Source: Nitrososphaeria archaeon (GTDB lineage Archaea; Thermoproteota; Nitrososphaeria; Geothermarchaeales; JDFR-13). From it: DNA of 64,000 nt. Positions 29,957 to 38,425 of this stretch are shown one piece after another. The number at the start of each line of letters is the position of its first letter. The stretch's first letter is position 1. The stretch is from the NCBI GenBank assembly GCA_027078545.1, contig JALWXN010000004.1, positions 736,001-800,000 on the forward strand, read 5' to 3'. The notes beneath the pieces are model-generated. The model saw only the letters and a program-made list of their open reading frames with translations. It made no database searches and was not told the DNA's origin. A program made the translations under genes and the position numbers.

Positions 29957-31078
29957 ATGAGGGTCGACGTAGCAATACTGGGTGCCGGTAGGGTTGGACA
30001 GGCAGCTGCCTACGACTTTCTAAGGATGGGCTACCGAGTAGCACTCCTAGACATCTCCAAGGAGAGCCTGGATAAGGCGTCGGAACGGCTTGGAGATGTA
30101 TATACCTATATGATACCCCCAGACACTGGCTGGATATCCAGCCCACCTATCGAGGCCGGGCTCTACGCCATGGCCCTACCCCTGAAATACACCCTAAGAT
30201 ACATGGAGCCACTACTGAAGAATGGATATAGCGTGGTCGACGCCACATCAGTCCCGTCTGAGGAGCTTGGCAGGGTAGAGGGATGGGCAAAAGAAGGGGG
30301 TGGGAAGGCATTCCTATACGCTGGGCTAGCCCCCGGCATGGCCCAGACACTCGCCGGTGCGTTAGAGAGGGAGCTGGGCGGGGCTGAGAAGATAGATATC
30401 TATGTAGGCGGTGTCCCGGAGAAGCCGGAGGGCCTCCCACTACTAAGCGGGATAACCTTTGAGGCTACCGCATTCCTTAGACAGTATAATAGGCCGACAC
30501 GTAAAAGAGTGGGTGGAGAGGTCGTCACTACCGACCCCTTCGACGATATCGGGAGGATAACCCTACCCAATGGGGAGGAGTATGAATACTTCCTAACCGA
30601 CGGACTCAAGAGCCTCCTACATACCCTTGAGACACCAAACCTGGCCGAATACACCCTGAGGATACCTGGGCATATAGAGAAGATGAGGCTGCTTAGGAGC
30701 ATAGGCCTCCTAGACTGGGAGCCGATAGAGGTGGAGGGGTGCAGCATAGTCCCGATAGAATTTACCGCCAAGATCCTGGAGAGGAGTGTCGGCCAGGGAG
30801 GTAGGGATAGGGTGGTACTGGCTGTCTATGGATATAGGGGGGATCGTGTAACCATCCTGTACAGCATAATTGAGTACTCGGAGGAGGGATTCACCGCTAT
30901 GCAGAGGGCCACCGGCTATAACCTTGCTAGATACGCCTCCATGGTGCTTGACGGCCTCGTTGAGTGGAGGGTAGGGCTCCCAGAATACGTTGGGCTAGAT
31001 GGAGATCTATTCAACAAGTATTTGAAGAGAATTGGGGAGGCGGGTATAGAGGTTAGGAGGGTTGTCACTACTCCCTAG
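29957..31078 (+). CDS. Saccharopine dehydrogenase / lysine 6-dehydrogenase family
   Basis: LGAGRVG, GLAPG, YVGGVP, TDGL, YTLRIPGH, TAMQRATGY. Confidence 0.85.
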   Translation: MRVDVAILGAGRVGQAAAYDFLRMGYRVALLDISKESLDKASERLGDVYTYMIPPDTGWISSPPIEAGLYAMALPLKYTLRYMEPLLKNGYSVVDATSVPSEELGRVEGWAKEGGGKAFLYAGLAPGMAQTLAGALERELGGAEKIDIYVGGVPEKPEGLPLLSGITFEATAFLRQYNRPTRKRVGGEVVTTDPFDDIGRITLPNGEEYEYFLTDGLKSLLHTLETPNLAEYTLRIPGHIEKMRLLRSIGLLDWEPIEVEGCSIVPIEFTAKILERSVGQGGRDRVVLAVYGYRGDRVTILYSIIEYSEEGFTAMQRATGYNLARYASMVLDGLVEWRVGLPEYVGLDGDLFNKYLKRIGEAGIEVRRVVTTP

Positions 31079-32183
31079 GCAGCTCATGCACCCCCTTCAG
31101 TCTAAATGGCTTCTCCGGGAATAGGCCGTACGGCTTGAAGATCATGATCACCAGGAATGCCACACCCAACGCTATCCTCTCCAGCCATATAACATCGAAG
31201 GGCAGTAGGCCGGAGAATGAGTGTTTATACACCGATATGACCCTCCTGAGACTCATTATCCCGGCAGCCCCGACCACAGCACCTATCTCGCTACCCCTAC
31301 CGCCGAGGAGTAGCATGAGCCATGGCCAGAAGGTCCAGTCATACCTCGTGTAGCTAGTCGGTACGACGTTGCCGAGATAGAAGCTGTATATCGCCCCAGC
31401 CAGAGCCGCTACAGCCGTACCTATAATCATCGCCTCGATCTTGATCCTATTCACGTCTATACCCACTGCCAGTGCGGCGTCCTCACTCTCCCTCACAGCC
31501 TTCAACAGCCTTCCATAGGGGCTCCTAAGCATGAGGTATATCAGAGCCATAGTCACCACTGTTGCAGACATCACTAGGATAAAGCTCTGGACAGTCCTGG
31601 GGAGACCTAGCATAGGCTCCATCCAACCTAGCAGCGCAGGGACGGTGACGCCAAGCGTCCCACCGGCTAGTGGCTCATAGTTCTCACCAACTATCCTGAC
31701 GCCCTCAGCAATGGCTATCAGGCTCATCATTAGGAAGTCTACCCTAAGCCTGATGGCTGGGACAGATGCTAGGAGGCCCATGAGGGCTCCTGCACCGATA
31801 GCTATTACGAGGGTGAGTAGTAGGAGGGCAGTGCTTAGACCTGGCTCGGCCTTGATTATCTCGTTGAGGGCGTTCCTCACGAATATGTTACACCTTATGT
31901 AGGCCTGGTCAGGATTCTCGAGGATCGCTGGGCACATCGTCTGTATCTTAGCCTTCACCTCCTCGAAGTACATGGAGTATAGTAGCCTCCCCGGTACATA
32001 CCCAGTTACATAGGCTCCTACAGCCACCCCGAAGGCCAGTCCGAAGTTCGGTATACCTGTATATCCATACTGGATGTTCAGCGCCGTAGCTACAAGTATG
32101 TACACCGCCACGAAAAAGACCAGGTTTACTATGAAGTTTATGACTCCCTCGAGTGGGAGTTGGAGAACAAGGTCCTGGATCAT
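31068..32183 (-). CDS. livM: Branched-chain amino acid ABC permease (LivM-type)
   Basis: LNIQYGYTGIPNFG, SPYGRLLKAVRESE, LLGGRGS. Confidence 0.88.
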   Translation of the reverse strand: MIQDLVLQLPLEGVINFIVNLVFFVAVYILVATALNIQYGYTGIPNFGLAFGVAVGAYVTGYVPGRLLYSMYFEEVKAKIQTMCPAILENPDQAYIRCNIFVRNALNEIIKAEPGLSTALLLLTLVIAIGAGALMGLLASVPAIRLRVDFLMMSLIAIAEGVRIVGENYEPLAGGTLGVTVPALLGWMEPMLGLPRTVQSFILVMSATVVTMALIYLMLRSPYGRLLKAVRESEDAALAVGIDVNRIKIEAMIIGTAVAALAGAIYSFYLGNVVPTSYTRYDWTFWPWLMLLLGGRGSEIGAVVGAAGIMSLRRVISVYKHSFSGLLPFDVIWLERIALGVAFLVIMIFKPYGLFPEKPFRLKGVHELPRE

Positions 32184-33214
32184 CAGACTATCCCCTCCGT
32201 ACGGGCCTTAATCTTCCTCTCCCTATACTTCTCGAGGAGGCCATAGATACCCTCAGGGATGAACATGAGGGCGAATATTAGGAGTAGTAGGGGGATTAGG
32301 GGCCTATAGGAGGCTGTAGAGACACCACCTATCTCGGGGATGATCGTTGATATCCACGCGGTACCCATGATCTCGACATATCCAATAATATATGTGGCGA
32401 TGATGGCCATTGATAGGCTCCTGACCCCTCCTAGTATAGAGGCGGCGAAGACGTTGATGATGATTAGTGAGCCTATGGCCGGGTAGCTCCTGAACCATAG
32501 TGGTAGGAGTGCACCCGCCACACCGGCCATGCCGCCTGTTAGGAACCATGAGACTAGGTTGACCATATCTACGTTTACACCGACCACCTCGGCCAGGTCA
32601 GGATTTTCAACCGTCGCCCTCATAGCCATGCCGAACTTAGTCTTGTATAGCAGGAAGAGGAAGAAGAGGGTGAAGCCTAGGAGGAGGATAGGCGCCACGA
32701 TTAACACACCGGGTGCGGTGCTGGGCGGGATCAGGGGGATGTTCAGCAGAATATCTACGCCCTCCTCGAGGGCGATCTCCTGGTCAAGGTTGAACCCGAT
32801 AACTATATCCTCCTCCCTGAGTAGGAACCCCCTACTGTTGAGCTTATGGACATTCTGTATATAGTCAGCCTGGATGTTGAGGACGGCTATCAATATGATG
32901 TCCACTGCTATAGTCGAGATGAGGAGTAGGATCTCAGGCGCACCGGCCCTCTTCAAAGTATAGATGACCCCCAGGTATACGGCGACCCCTATAAGTGCAA
33001 CCACTATGAAAGAGAAGATAACTGAGTAGTAAGTGGGCATCTCCCATACACGAGTCACCCATAAAGTCATGAATACACCCACAGCTGCGAATGTCCCATG
33101 TGCCCAGTTAGGTATCCTAGCAGTTTGATAGGTAAGGTTGAAACCCATCGTCAAGAACGCTATTAGGGTCGAGTAGATGAAGGCCTGTACAGCTACCGCT
33201 CCCCATGCAACCAT
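32183..33214 (-). CDS. livH: Branched-chain amino acid ABC permease (LivH-type)
   Basis: GFNLTY...NWAHG, TKFGMAMRATVENPDLAEVVGV, FAASILGG. Confidence 0.88.
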   Translation of the reverse strand: MVAWGAVAVQAFIYSTLIAFLTMGFNLTYQTARIPNWAHGTFAAVGVFMTLWVTRVWEMPTYYSVIFSFIVVALIGVAVYLGVIYTLKRAGAPEILLLISTIAVDIILIAVLNIQADYIQNVHKLNSRGFLLREEDIVIGFNLDQEIALEEGVDILLNIPLIPPSTAPGVLIVAPILLLGFTLFFLFLLYKTKFGMAMRATVENPDLAEVVGVNVDMVNLVSWFLTGGMAGVAGALLPLWFRSYPAIGSLIIINVFAASILGGVRSLSMAIIATYIIGYVEIMGTAWISTIIPEIGGVSTASYRPLIPLLLLIFALMFIPEGIYGLLEKYRERKIKARTEGIV

Positions 33215-33363
33215 ATTCTACTGCCCTCCACTCAAGGGGGAATTATAATTATTTCTCTCACACCGCATCGCTATTAAATCCATCCCTTCTATGTAGGGGA
33301 TCTATCCCTACTATGTGGGGGAAATCTCCAAAATCTCGGGAACTATTTTTAATCTCTACACGG

Positions 33364-33383
33364 GTTATAGATTATCTTATAAC
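33364..33383. promoter_or_regulatory. Dyad upstream of Liv binding-protein gene (candidate operator)
   Basis: GTTATA-GATTATCT-TATAAC in the divergent livH/livK spacer; a second dyad GTAGGGGATCTATCCCTAC lies near 33293-33311. Confidence 0.35.
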
Positions 33384-33400
33384 ATACTCGGGGTGGTTCA

Positions 33401-34714
33401 ATGGACAACAAGTCACTCCTGATAGCGGTAGCAATACTGATGCTACTCATCGGATTCTCTGCGGGGTACTTCTTCGGAATGTCCAGCGTAGCCCCAGCTG
33501 AGGAGGCCATGGAGCCAGGGGCTGGTGAGGAACAGCCAACAGCCCCTACAGAAGAACCCACAGGTTTGACCGGCACAATCAAGATCGGAGTAGTAATGAT
33601 TGGTAGCATCGCCCCTAGGGAGCTGCCACCACTTGAGGAGTGGGTGGAGGAGGAGGTCAACGACTTCCTCAAGGAGATTGGCTACGACTTCGAGATAGAC
33701 CTGCTATACGAGAATGCTGAGAGGAGCTCTGACCTAGCTGTAGAGAAGGTGCAGACCCTACACGCACAGGGTGTCCAGGTAATCCTCGGTATGAGGTGGA
33801 GCAGCTCTATACAGAAGTCCTATGACTATGTCGTTGAGAACAACATCGTAGTCATAAGCGAGGGTTCCACTAGTCCACTCCTCGCTATACCTGGCGACAC
33901 CGTATTCAGACTGCCACCTAACGATCTCCTACAGAGCAGGGCGCTTATCCAGCTCCACAAGGATCTAGGTACTGAGGCGGTAGTCCTCCTCTACAGGGGC
34001 GATGCCTGGGGTGATGGACTTAGGAACGAGTTTAGGAGGTTGGCTCAGCAGGAGGGCATAGTTGTATTTGACGAGATTAGGTATAGTCCAGAGGCCACAG
34101 AGTTTAGCGGTGAGGTGGCTAGCCTAGCCGACAAGGTCAGCCAGGCACTCCAGCAGTACGACAAGGTAGCTATACAGACTTTCGTCTTCGACGAGCTGGC
34201 AAATATCCTACAGCAGGCACAGGACTACGACGTACTCTTCCAGGTTCCATGGATCGGTAGCGATGGCACATCTGGAGTAGACATTATCATTGAGGACGCA
34301 GGAGAACTAGCTGCCCAGACGATACAGCTCAGCACGATATTCGCACCAACTGAGAGCCTTAAGCACCAGCAGTTCGTGGAGAAGTACGTCGAGCTAACCG
34401 GCTTCGAGCCCGGCGTGTATACAAAGTGTTTCTACGACTCTGTATGGCTGGCAGTCCTATCTATAGCGGCCGCCGGCGAGTATGACGGCGCCAAGATAGC
34501 CGAGAAGGTACCGCTAATAGCTGAGAAGCTCTTCGGCGTCACCGGCTGGCTACTCCTAGATGAGGCTGGTGACAGGGCAGCTGCATCCTACACCGTCCAG
34601 ATGGTTGTTGAGATCGACGGCGGCTACGAGTGGGTGAGGGTTGCCTCCATAGACGCATTGACTGGCGCCGTCTCCTGGGTTCAGAAGCCTGACTTCAGCC
34701 AGTTCGGCTGGTGA
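33401..34714 (+). CDS. Branched-chain amino acid ABC substrate-binding protein
   Basis: N-terminal TM and P/T/E linker; STSPLL, VFRLPPND, DAWG, YDSVW, GVTG...GDR. Confidence 0.88.
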   Translation: MDNKSLLIAVAILMLLIGFSAGYFFGMSSVAPAEEAMEPGAGEEQPTAPTEEPTGLTGTIKIGVVMIGSIAPRELPPLEEWVEEEVNDFLKEIGYDFEIDLLYENAERSSDLAVEKVQTLHAQGVQVILGMRWSSSIQKSYDYVVENNIVVISEGSTSPLLAIPGDTVFRLPPNDLLQSRALIQLHKDLGTEAVVLLYRGDAWGDGLRNEFRRLAQQEGIVVFDEIRYSPEATEFSGEVASLADKVSQALQQYDKVAIQTFVFDELANILQQAQDYDVLFQVPWIGSDGTSGVDIIIEDAGELAAQTIQLSTIFAPTESLKHQQFVEKYVELTGFEPGVYTKCFYDSVWLAVLSIAAAGEYDGAKIAEKVPLIAEKLFGVTGWLLLDEAGDRAAASYTVQMVVEIDGGYEWVRVASIDALTGAVSWVQKPDFSQFGW

Positions 34715-34765
34715 TAACCCTATCCACACCCCCCAACTTTTTATTGATACTCTGGGTGTAGGGGG

Positions 34766-35536
34766 ATGGCGGCGATACTAAGCACTAAGGGGGTTACCAA
34801 GAGGTTTGGAAACCTCGTGGCTGTGGACAATGTATCGATAGATGTGGAGGAGAGGAAGCTCTCAATGATCATAGGCCCCAACGGGAGTGGTAAGACCACC
34901 CTGATAAACTGTATAACCGGCTACCTCAAGCCTGACGGTGGACGCGTCATATACAAGGGAAGGGATATCACTAGGATCCCGCCCCACAAGAGGGTGGAGC
35001 TAGGCCTAACAAGGACATTCCAGATACCTAGCCCCTTCCGCAAACTACCGGTTCTCGACAACCTACTGATCTCATATAGCAGGTTCAACCCTGGTGCAAA
35101 GGTCTACAACAGTATCTTTAGACCCCGCTGGCTAAGGAAGGAGAAGGAGGCCGTCAAGAAGGCCTACGAGGTCTTGAAGCTCCTGAACCTCCTACACGTG
35201 GCTGAGCAGCCGGCTGAGAACCTTAGCGGTGGACAGCTGAAGCTACTGGAGATAGGGAGGACTTTGATGACCAATGCGGAGACCATAGTCATGGACGAGC
35301 CGGTGGGCGGTGTAAACCCAACCCTTGCACACCAGATCTTCAGGCATATTAGGGACTTGATCGAGAATCATGGTAAGACCTTCCTGATAATTGAGCACCG
35401 CCTAGAGGTGGCTAAGCAGTATGTCGACCATGTATATGCCATGGCCTATGGCAAGCTGATAGCGGAGGGGAGGCCAGAGGAGGTCCTCACCAACGAGAGG
35501 GTCGTGGAGAGCTATCTAGGGACTACCGAGATCTAG
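34766..35536 (+). CDS. livG: Branched-chain amino acid ABC ATPase (LivG-type)
   Basis: GPNGSGKTT, RTFQIP, LSGGQLKLLEI, DEPVGGVNP, IEH, VVESYLG. Confidence 0.9.
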   Translation: MAAILSTKGVTKRFGNLVAVDNVSIDVEERKLSMIIGPNGSGKTTLINCITGYLKPDGGRVIYKGRDITRIPPHKRVELGLTRTFQIPSPFRKLPVLDNLLISYSRFNPGAKVYNSIFRPRWLRKEKEAVKKAYEVLKLLNLLHVAEQPAENLSGGQLKLLEIGRTLMTNAETIVMDEPVGGVNPTLAHQIFRHIRDLIENHGKTFLIIEHRLEVAKQYVDHVYAMAYGKLIAEGRPEEVLTNERVVESYLGTTEI

Positions 35537-37652
35537 CCCTATATATCACTACACCACCGTTGAAGTAGACCGGCTCATAGAGGTTCCTGAGGAAATAGTT
35601 CCTAGCGCCTGGGTCTCCATAGCTACTCCCCGGGGCCACTATATAGTCAACCCCATAGAGCTCTATCAGGCTATCAACGCCGAGTATCGTTATACCCTCC
35701 TCACCCGAGTCCTCACCCACGATCTCGAACCCTATCGAGAGCCCTCCCTCCGAGAGGAATAGCAGCTTATCCCTCTCCCATGGAACCTCATAGACGTCTA
35801 TGACTCCTTCGGAGGAGGCTACCACGTAGGATCCCCTAGCCATTATCATGGCGTCACCCTCCACAAGCCTGAAGCCCCGGTACTCACTACTCATCTTGAG
35901 GGGTATACCATACACTGAAGTGTTGATATCGAGCTCTGGATCGACCCATATCTTGAAGCCTGTCTCCGTGAAGCCGTAGATATATAGGTCTACATAGCCC
36001 TCCTCAAAGTAGAACCTATAGCCCAGCTCGCCAAGCCTCTCAGTGGAGAGGACAGGTGATAGTGGGAGGTGCCCACCAGTCCCCGGCTCGACACCAACGA
36101 TATCGGGTATTGGGAGGCTGAAGACCTCTCTATAGGCACCATATCCATAGGCCTCGAGTATCAGGCTGTGCCTAGGCCCTAGGTCACCCTGTATCAGTAG
36201 CCGGTAGTATGGGGTCGTAACGGCTAGATATGCATTCAGTATTGCGCTGGCTACGTAGTACTCCTCCACCTGGCCCTCCCTGAAGAGCCACCTGGGATGG
36301 ATACTGATCAGTGTATCCCTCAGTGTATAGCCCTCTATCCACCTCCCCATTACCTCGTCAGCGACAAAAACGCTCCCTATATCCGTATAACTATCTATCC
36401 ATTCGAGGGCATCTAGTCTGCTCCACGGGTCGTAGGGATCTATGACCTGGTACCAGGCATCGATGCTTGGAACTGTTGATACACCAGCCTCCACCGTGGC
36501 TGCTAGGGAGGCGGCTAGGAGTATTATCAATGTGATCGAGACCAGCTTCCTTCTCCAGTGTGCTACGATCTCAAGCCAGTGCCTAATATCTATCATCGAG
36601 ACTCCCACGCCCAGCGCGAGTGTCACGGGCTGGGCCAGGAAGAATATGAACCTGGCGAAGTCTATGGAGACTCCTATGAGGTATGCCTGGCTAAGTATTA
36701 ATGGGGTCGCTATCCATGAGAATAGTAGTGGAAAGAGCTTGGCATCGTCTAGCGAGAGGTATAGTATGTAGAGTACAGTGGCTGTAACCAGGAGGGCCAG
36801 GATATTCGTCTTATAGGCGTAGAGGAAGGTCTCGACTATATCGACCCGTAGGTCGTAGTAGGCCGCCTCGTTGAACCATACATAGTCCGAGAGGTATGAG
36901 AGGCCATATCTATAGAGCATGAAGGCTCCGAGTACGGATAGGCCTACCGCCCCAGAACCTATTGCGGCCCTCTCCTCACCTATCAGTAGGTAGATGACGG
37001 CCATGCCGATGAGCATCGTGATTAGGATGGCTGTTGAGAGGTGGTGAGTCATAACGACAAGGATGCCTAGCAAAACGGATCTGTAGATCCCCTCCCCACC
37101 CCTGATCCATCTATAGAGGTGTTTAACGGCGAGGGGTATGATAAGCAGGGCCGTCAGGTTTGGGTAGCCCCCCCAGGAGAACATCTCCATATAGATCGGG
37201 GCGAAGGATGTGACTATCCCCGAATAGATAGAGGCCTTCCATGACCCGGTGACCTCATAGACCAGGCTATACATCGGGATGGGTAGGAGGATGTATACGA
37301 GGATCCCATATAGATGGACACCCATTACATCTCCAAAGACATGTCTAAAGACGGCTATGCCTAGGAGGGAGAGGGGTGGGTATCCGAATACACTCTGACC
37401 ACCCATAACCCGCTCAACAGCCTCCACAAACTCGTTGTTGACCCCTAACATCCTTAGGAACAGCGCTTCATAGGCCTTTGAGTATTTCAGCCACTCGCCA
37501 GGGTCGGACCATAGGGGCATAGGCTTCATGATGGATAGTGGGTAGATGAGGGCTAGGGATATGAGTGGCAGGACTAGGTATGGCCTCACCCTTAGGAGGC
37601 CTATGAGGGTCTCGGCCACACTATCAACTATCTGCCTAGGTCTCAACGCCAT
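35523..37652 (-). CDS. Multi-pass membrane protein, probable GT-C-fold glycosyltransferase
   Basis: About 12 TMs with first-loop WSDPGEW, YPP, WGGYPN, THHLS, ARF; soluble C-domain 'DALEWI...T' and 'YGVDYIV...VYFNGGVVIY'. Confidence 0.65.
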   Translation of the reverse strand: MALRPRQIVDSVAETLIGLLRVRPYLVLPLISLALIYPLSIMKPMPLWSDPGEWLKYSKAYEALFLRMLGVNNEFVEAVERVMGGQSVFGYPPLSLLGIAVFRHVFGDVMGVHLYGILVYILLPIPMYSLVYEVTGSWKASIYSGIVTSFAPIYMEMFSWGGYPNLTALLIIPLAVKHLYRWIRGGEGIYRSVLLGILVVMTHHLSTAILITMLIGMAVIYLLIGEERAAIGSGAVGLSVLGAFMLYRYGLSYLSDYVWFNEAAYYDLRVDIVETFLYAYKTNILALLVTATVLYILYLSLDDAKLFPLLFSWIATPLILSQAYLIGVSIDFARFIFFLAQPVTLALGVGVSMIDIRHWLEIVAHWRRKLVSITLIILLAASLAATVEAGVSTVPSIDAWYQVIDPYDPWSRLDALEWIDSYTDIGSVFVADEVMGRWIEGYTLRDTLISIHPRWLFREGQVEEYYVASAILNAYLAVTTPYYRLLIQGDLGPRHSLILEAYGYGAYREVFSLPIPDIVGVEPGTGGHLPLSPVLSTERLGELGYRFYFEEGYVDLYIYGFTETGFKIWVDPELDINTSVYGIPLKMSSEYRGFRLVEGDAMIMARGSYVVASSEGVIDVYEVPWERDKLLFLSEGGLSIGFEIVGEDSGEEGITILGVDSLIELYGVDYIVAPGSSYGDPGARNYFLRNLYEPVYFNGGVVIYRARSR

Positions 37653-37713
37653 ACACCTAGTATTTACACCCCCTTGTTTAATACTCGGTGTATCCCATGC
37701 TTCTAGGAGGCAT

Positions 37714-38376
37714 ATGGCTATGAGGAGCGTGGAGATCGCCAGATGGGTAATGGGGCCTCTGAAGACGAACTGCTACATGCTCAGGAGTGGCGAGGAGGTC
37801 ATCCTCATAGATGTAGGATTCCCACGAGAAGCCCTGGAACTAGCTGAGTTCCTCCTTGAGAGGGGGTGGATACCGAGGTATATAGTCGCCACCCATGGCC
37901 ACTTCGACCACGTAATGGGTGTCGACGCACTCCGTAGACGAATTAAGCGTGAGATCCCCCTATACATACATATAGCCGACGTAGAGCTCCTCGCAAGGGC
38001 TGGGGAGGCCCTAAACAAGTATTTCGGGATCGAGATGGAGCCGCCCAGGCCCAACCACCTACTAGAGGATGGTGAGATCCTAAGGGTTGGGGAGCTGGAG
38101 ATCCAGGTCATACACCTCCCGGGCCATACGCCAGGAAGCATAGCCCTATACCTCCCCAGCGAGGACATCGTCTTCACCGGGGACACACTGTTCCGGAGAT
38201 ATGTGGGGAGGTGCGACTTCCCGGAGAGCAGCTGTAGAGACCTGGCCAACAGCCTCAGACGCCTCTTCCAACTCCCACCCCAGACAAGGGTTTATCCAGG
38301 CCACATGGAGGAGACGATCCTTGGTGAGGAGATGCATATAAACCCATTCGTAAAGGAGCTTCTGGAGCGGTACTAG
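37714..38376 (+). CDS. MBL-fold metallo-hydrolase (glyoxalase II/YcbL-like)
   Basis: TNCY, THGHFDH, PGHTPG, TGDTLF, YPGH; start 37714 after AGGAGG. Confidence 0.92.
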   Translation: MAMRSVEIARWVMGPLKTNCYMLRSGEEVILIDVGFPREALELAEFLLERGWIPRYIVATHGHFDHVMGVDALRRRIKREIPLYIHIADVELLARAGEALNKYFGIEMEPPRPNHLLEDGEILRVGELEIQVIHLPGHTPGSIALYLPSEDIVFTGDTLFRRYVGRCDFPESSCRDLANSLRRLFQLPPQTRVYPGHMEETILGEEMHINPFVKELLERY

Positions 38377-38425
38377 ACGTTCCAAACGATTGACTTATTA
38401 TATACTCCCCCATGAAATAAGGTGT

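Noticed and set aside
17364-31078. Carboxy(nor)spermidine pathway from the fold-III decarboxylase plus the saccharopine-DH-like gene
   Set aside because: The genes are 11 kb apart and the dehydrogenase motifs look more like lysine 6-dehydrogenase; not supportable.
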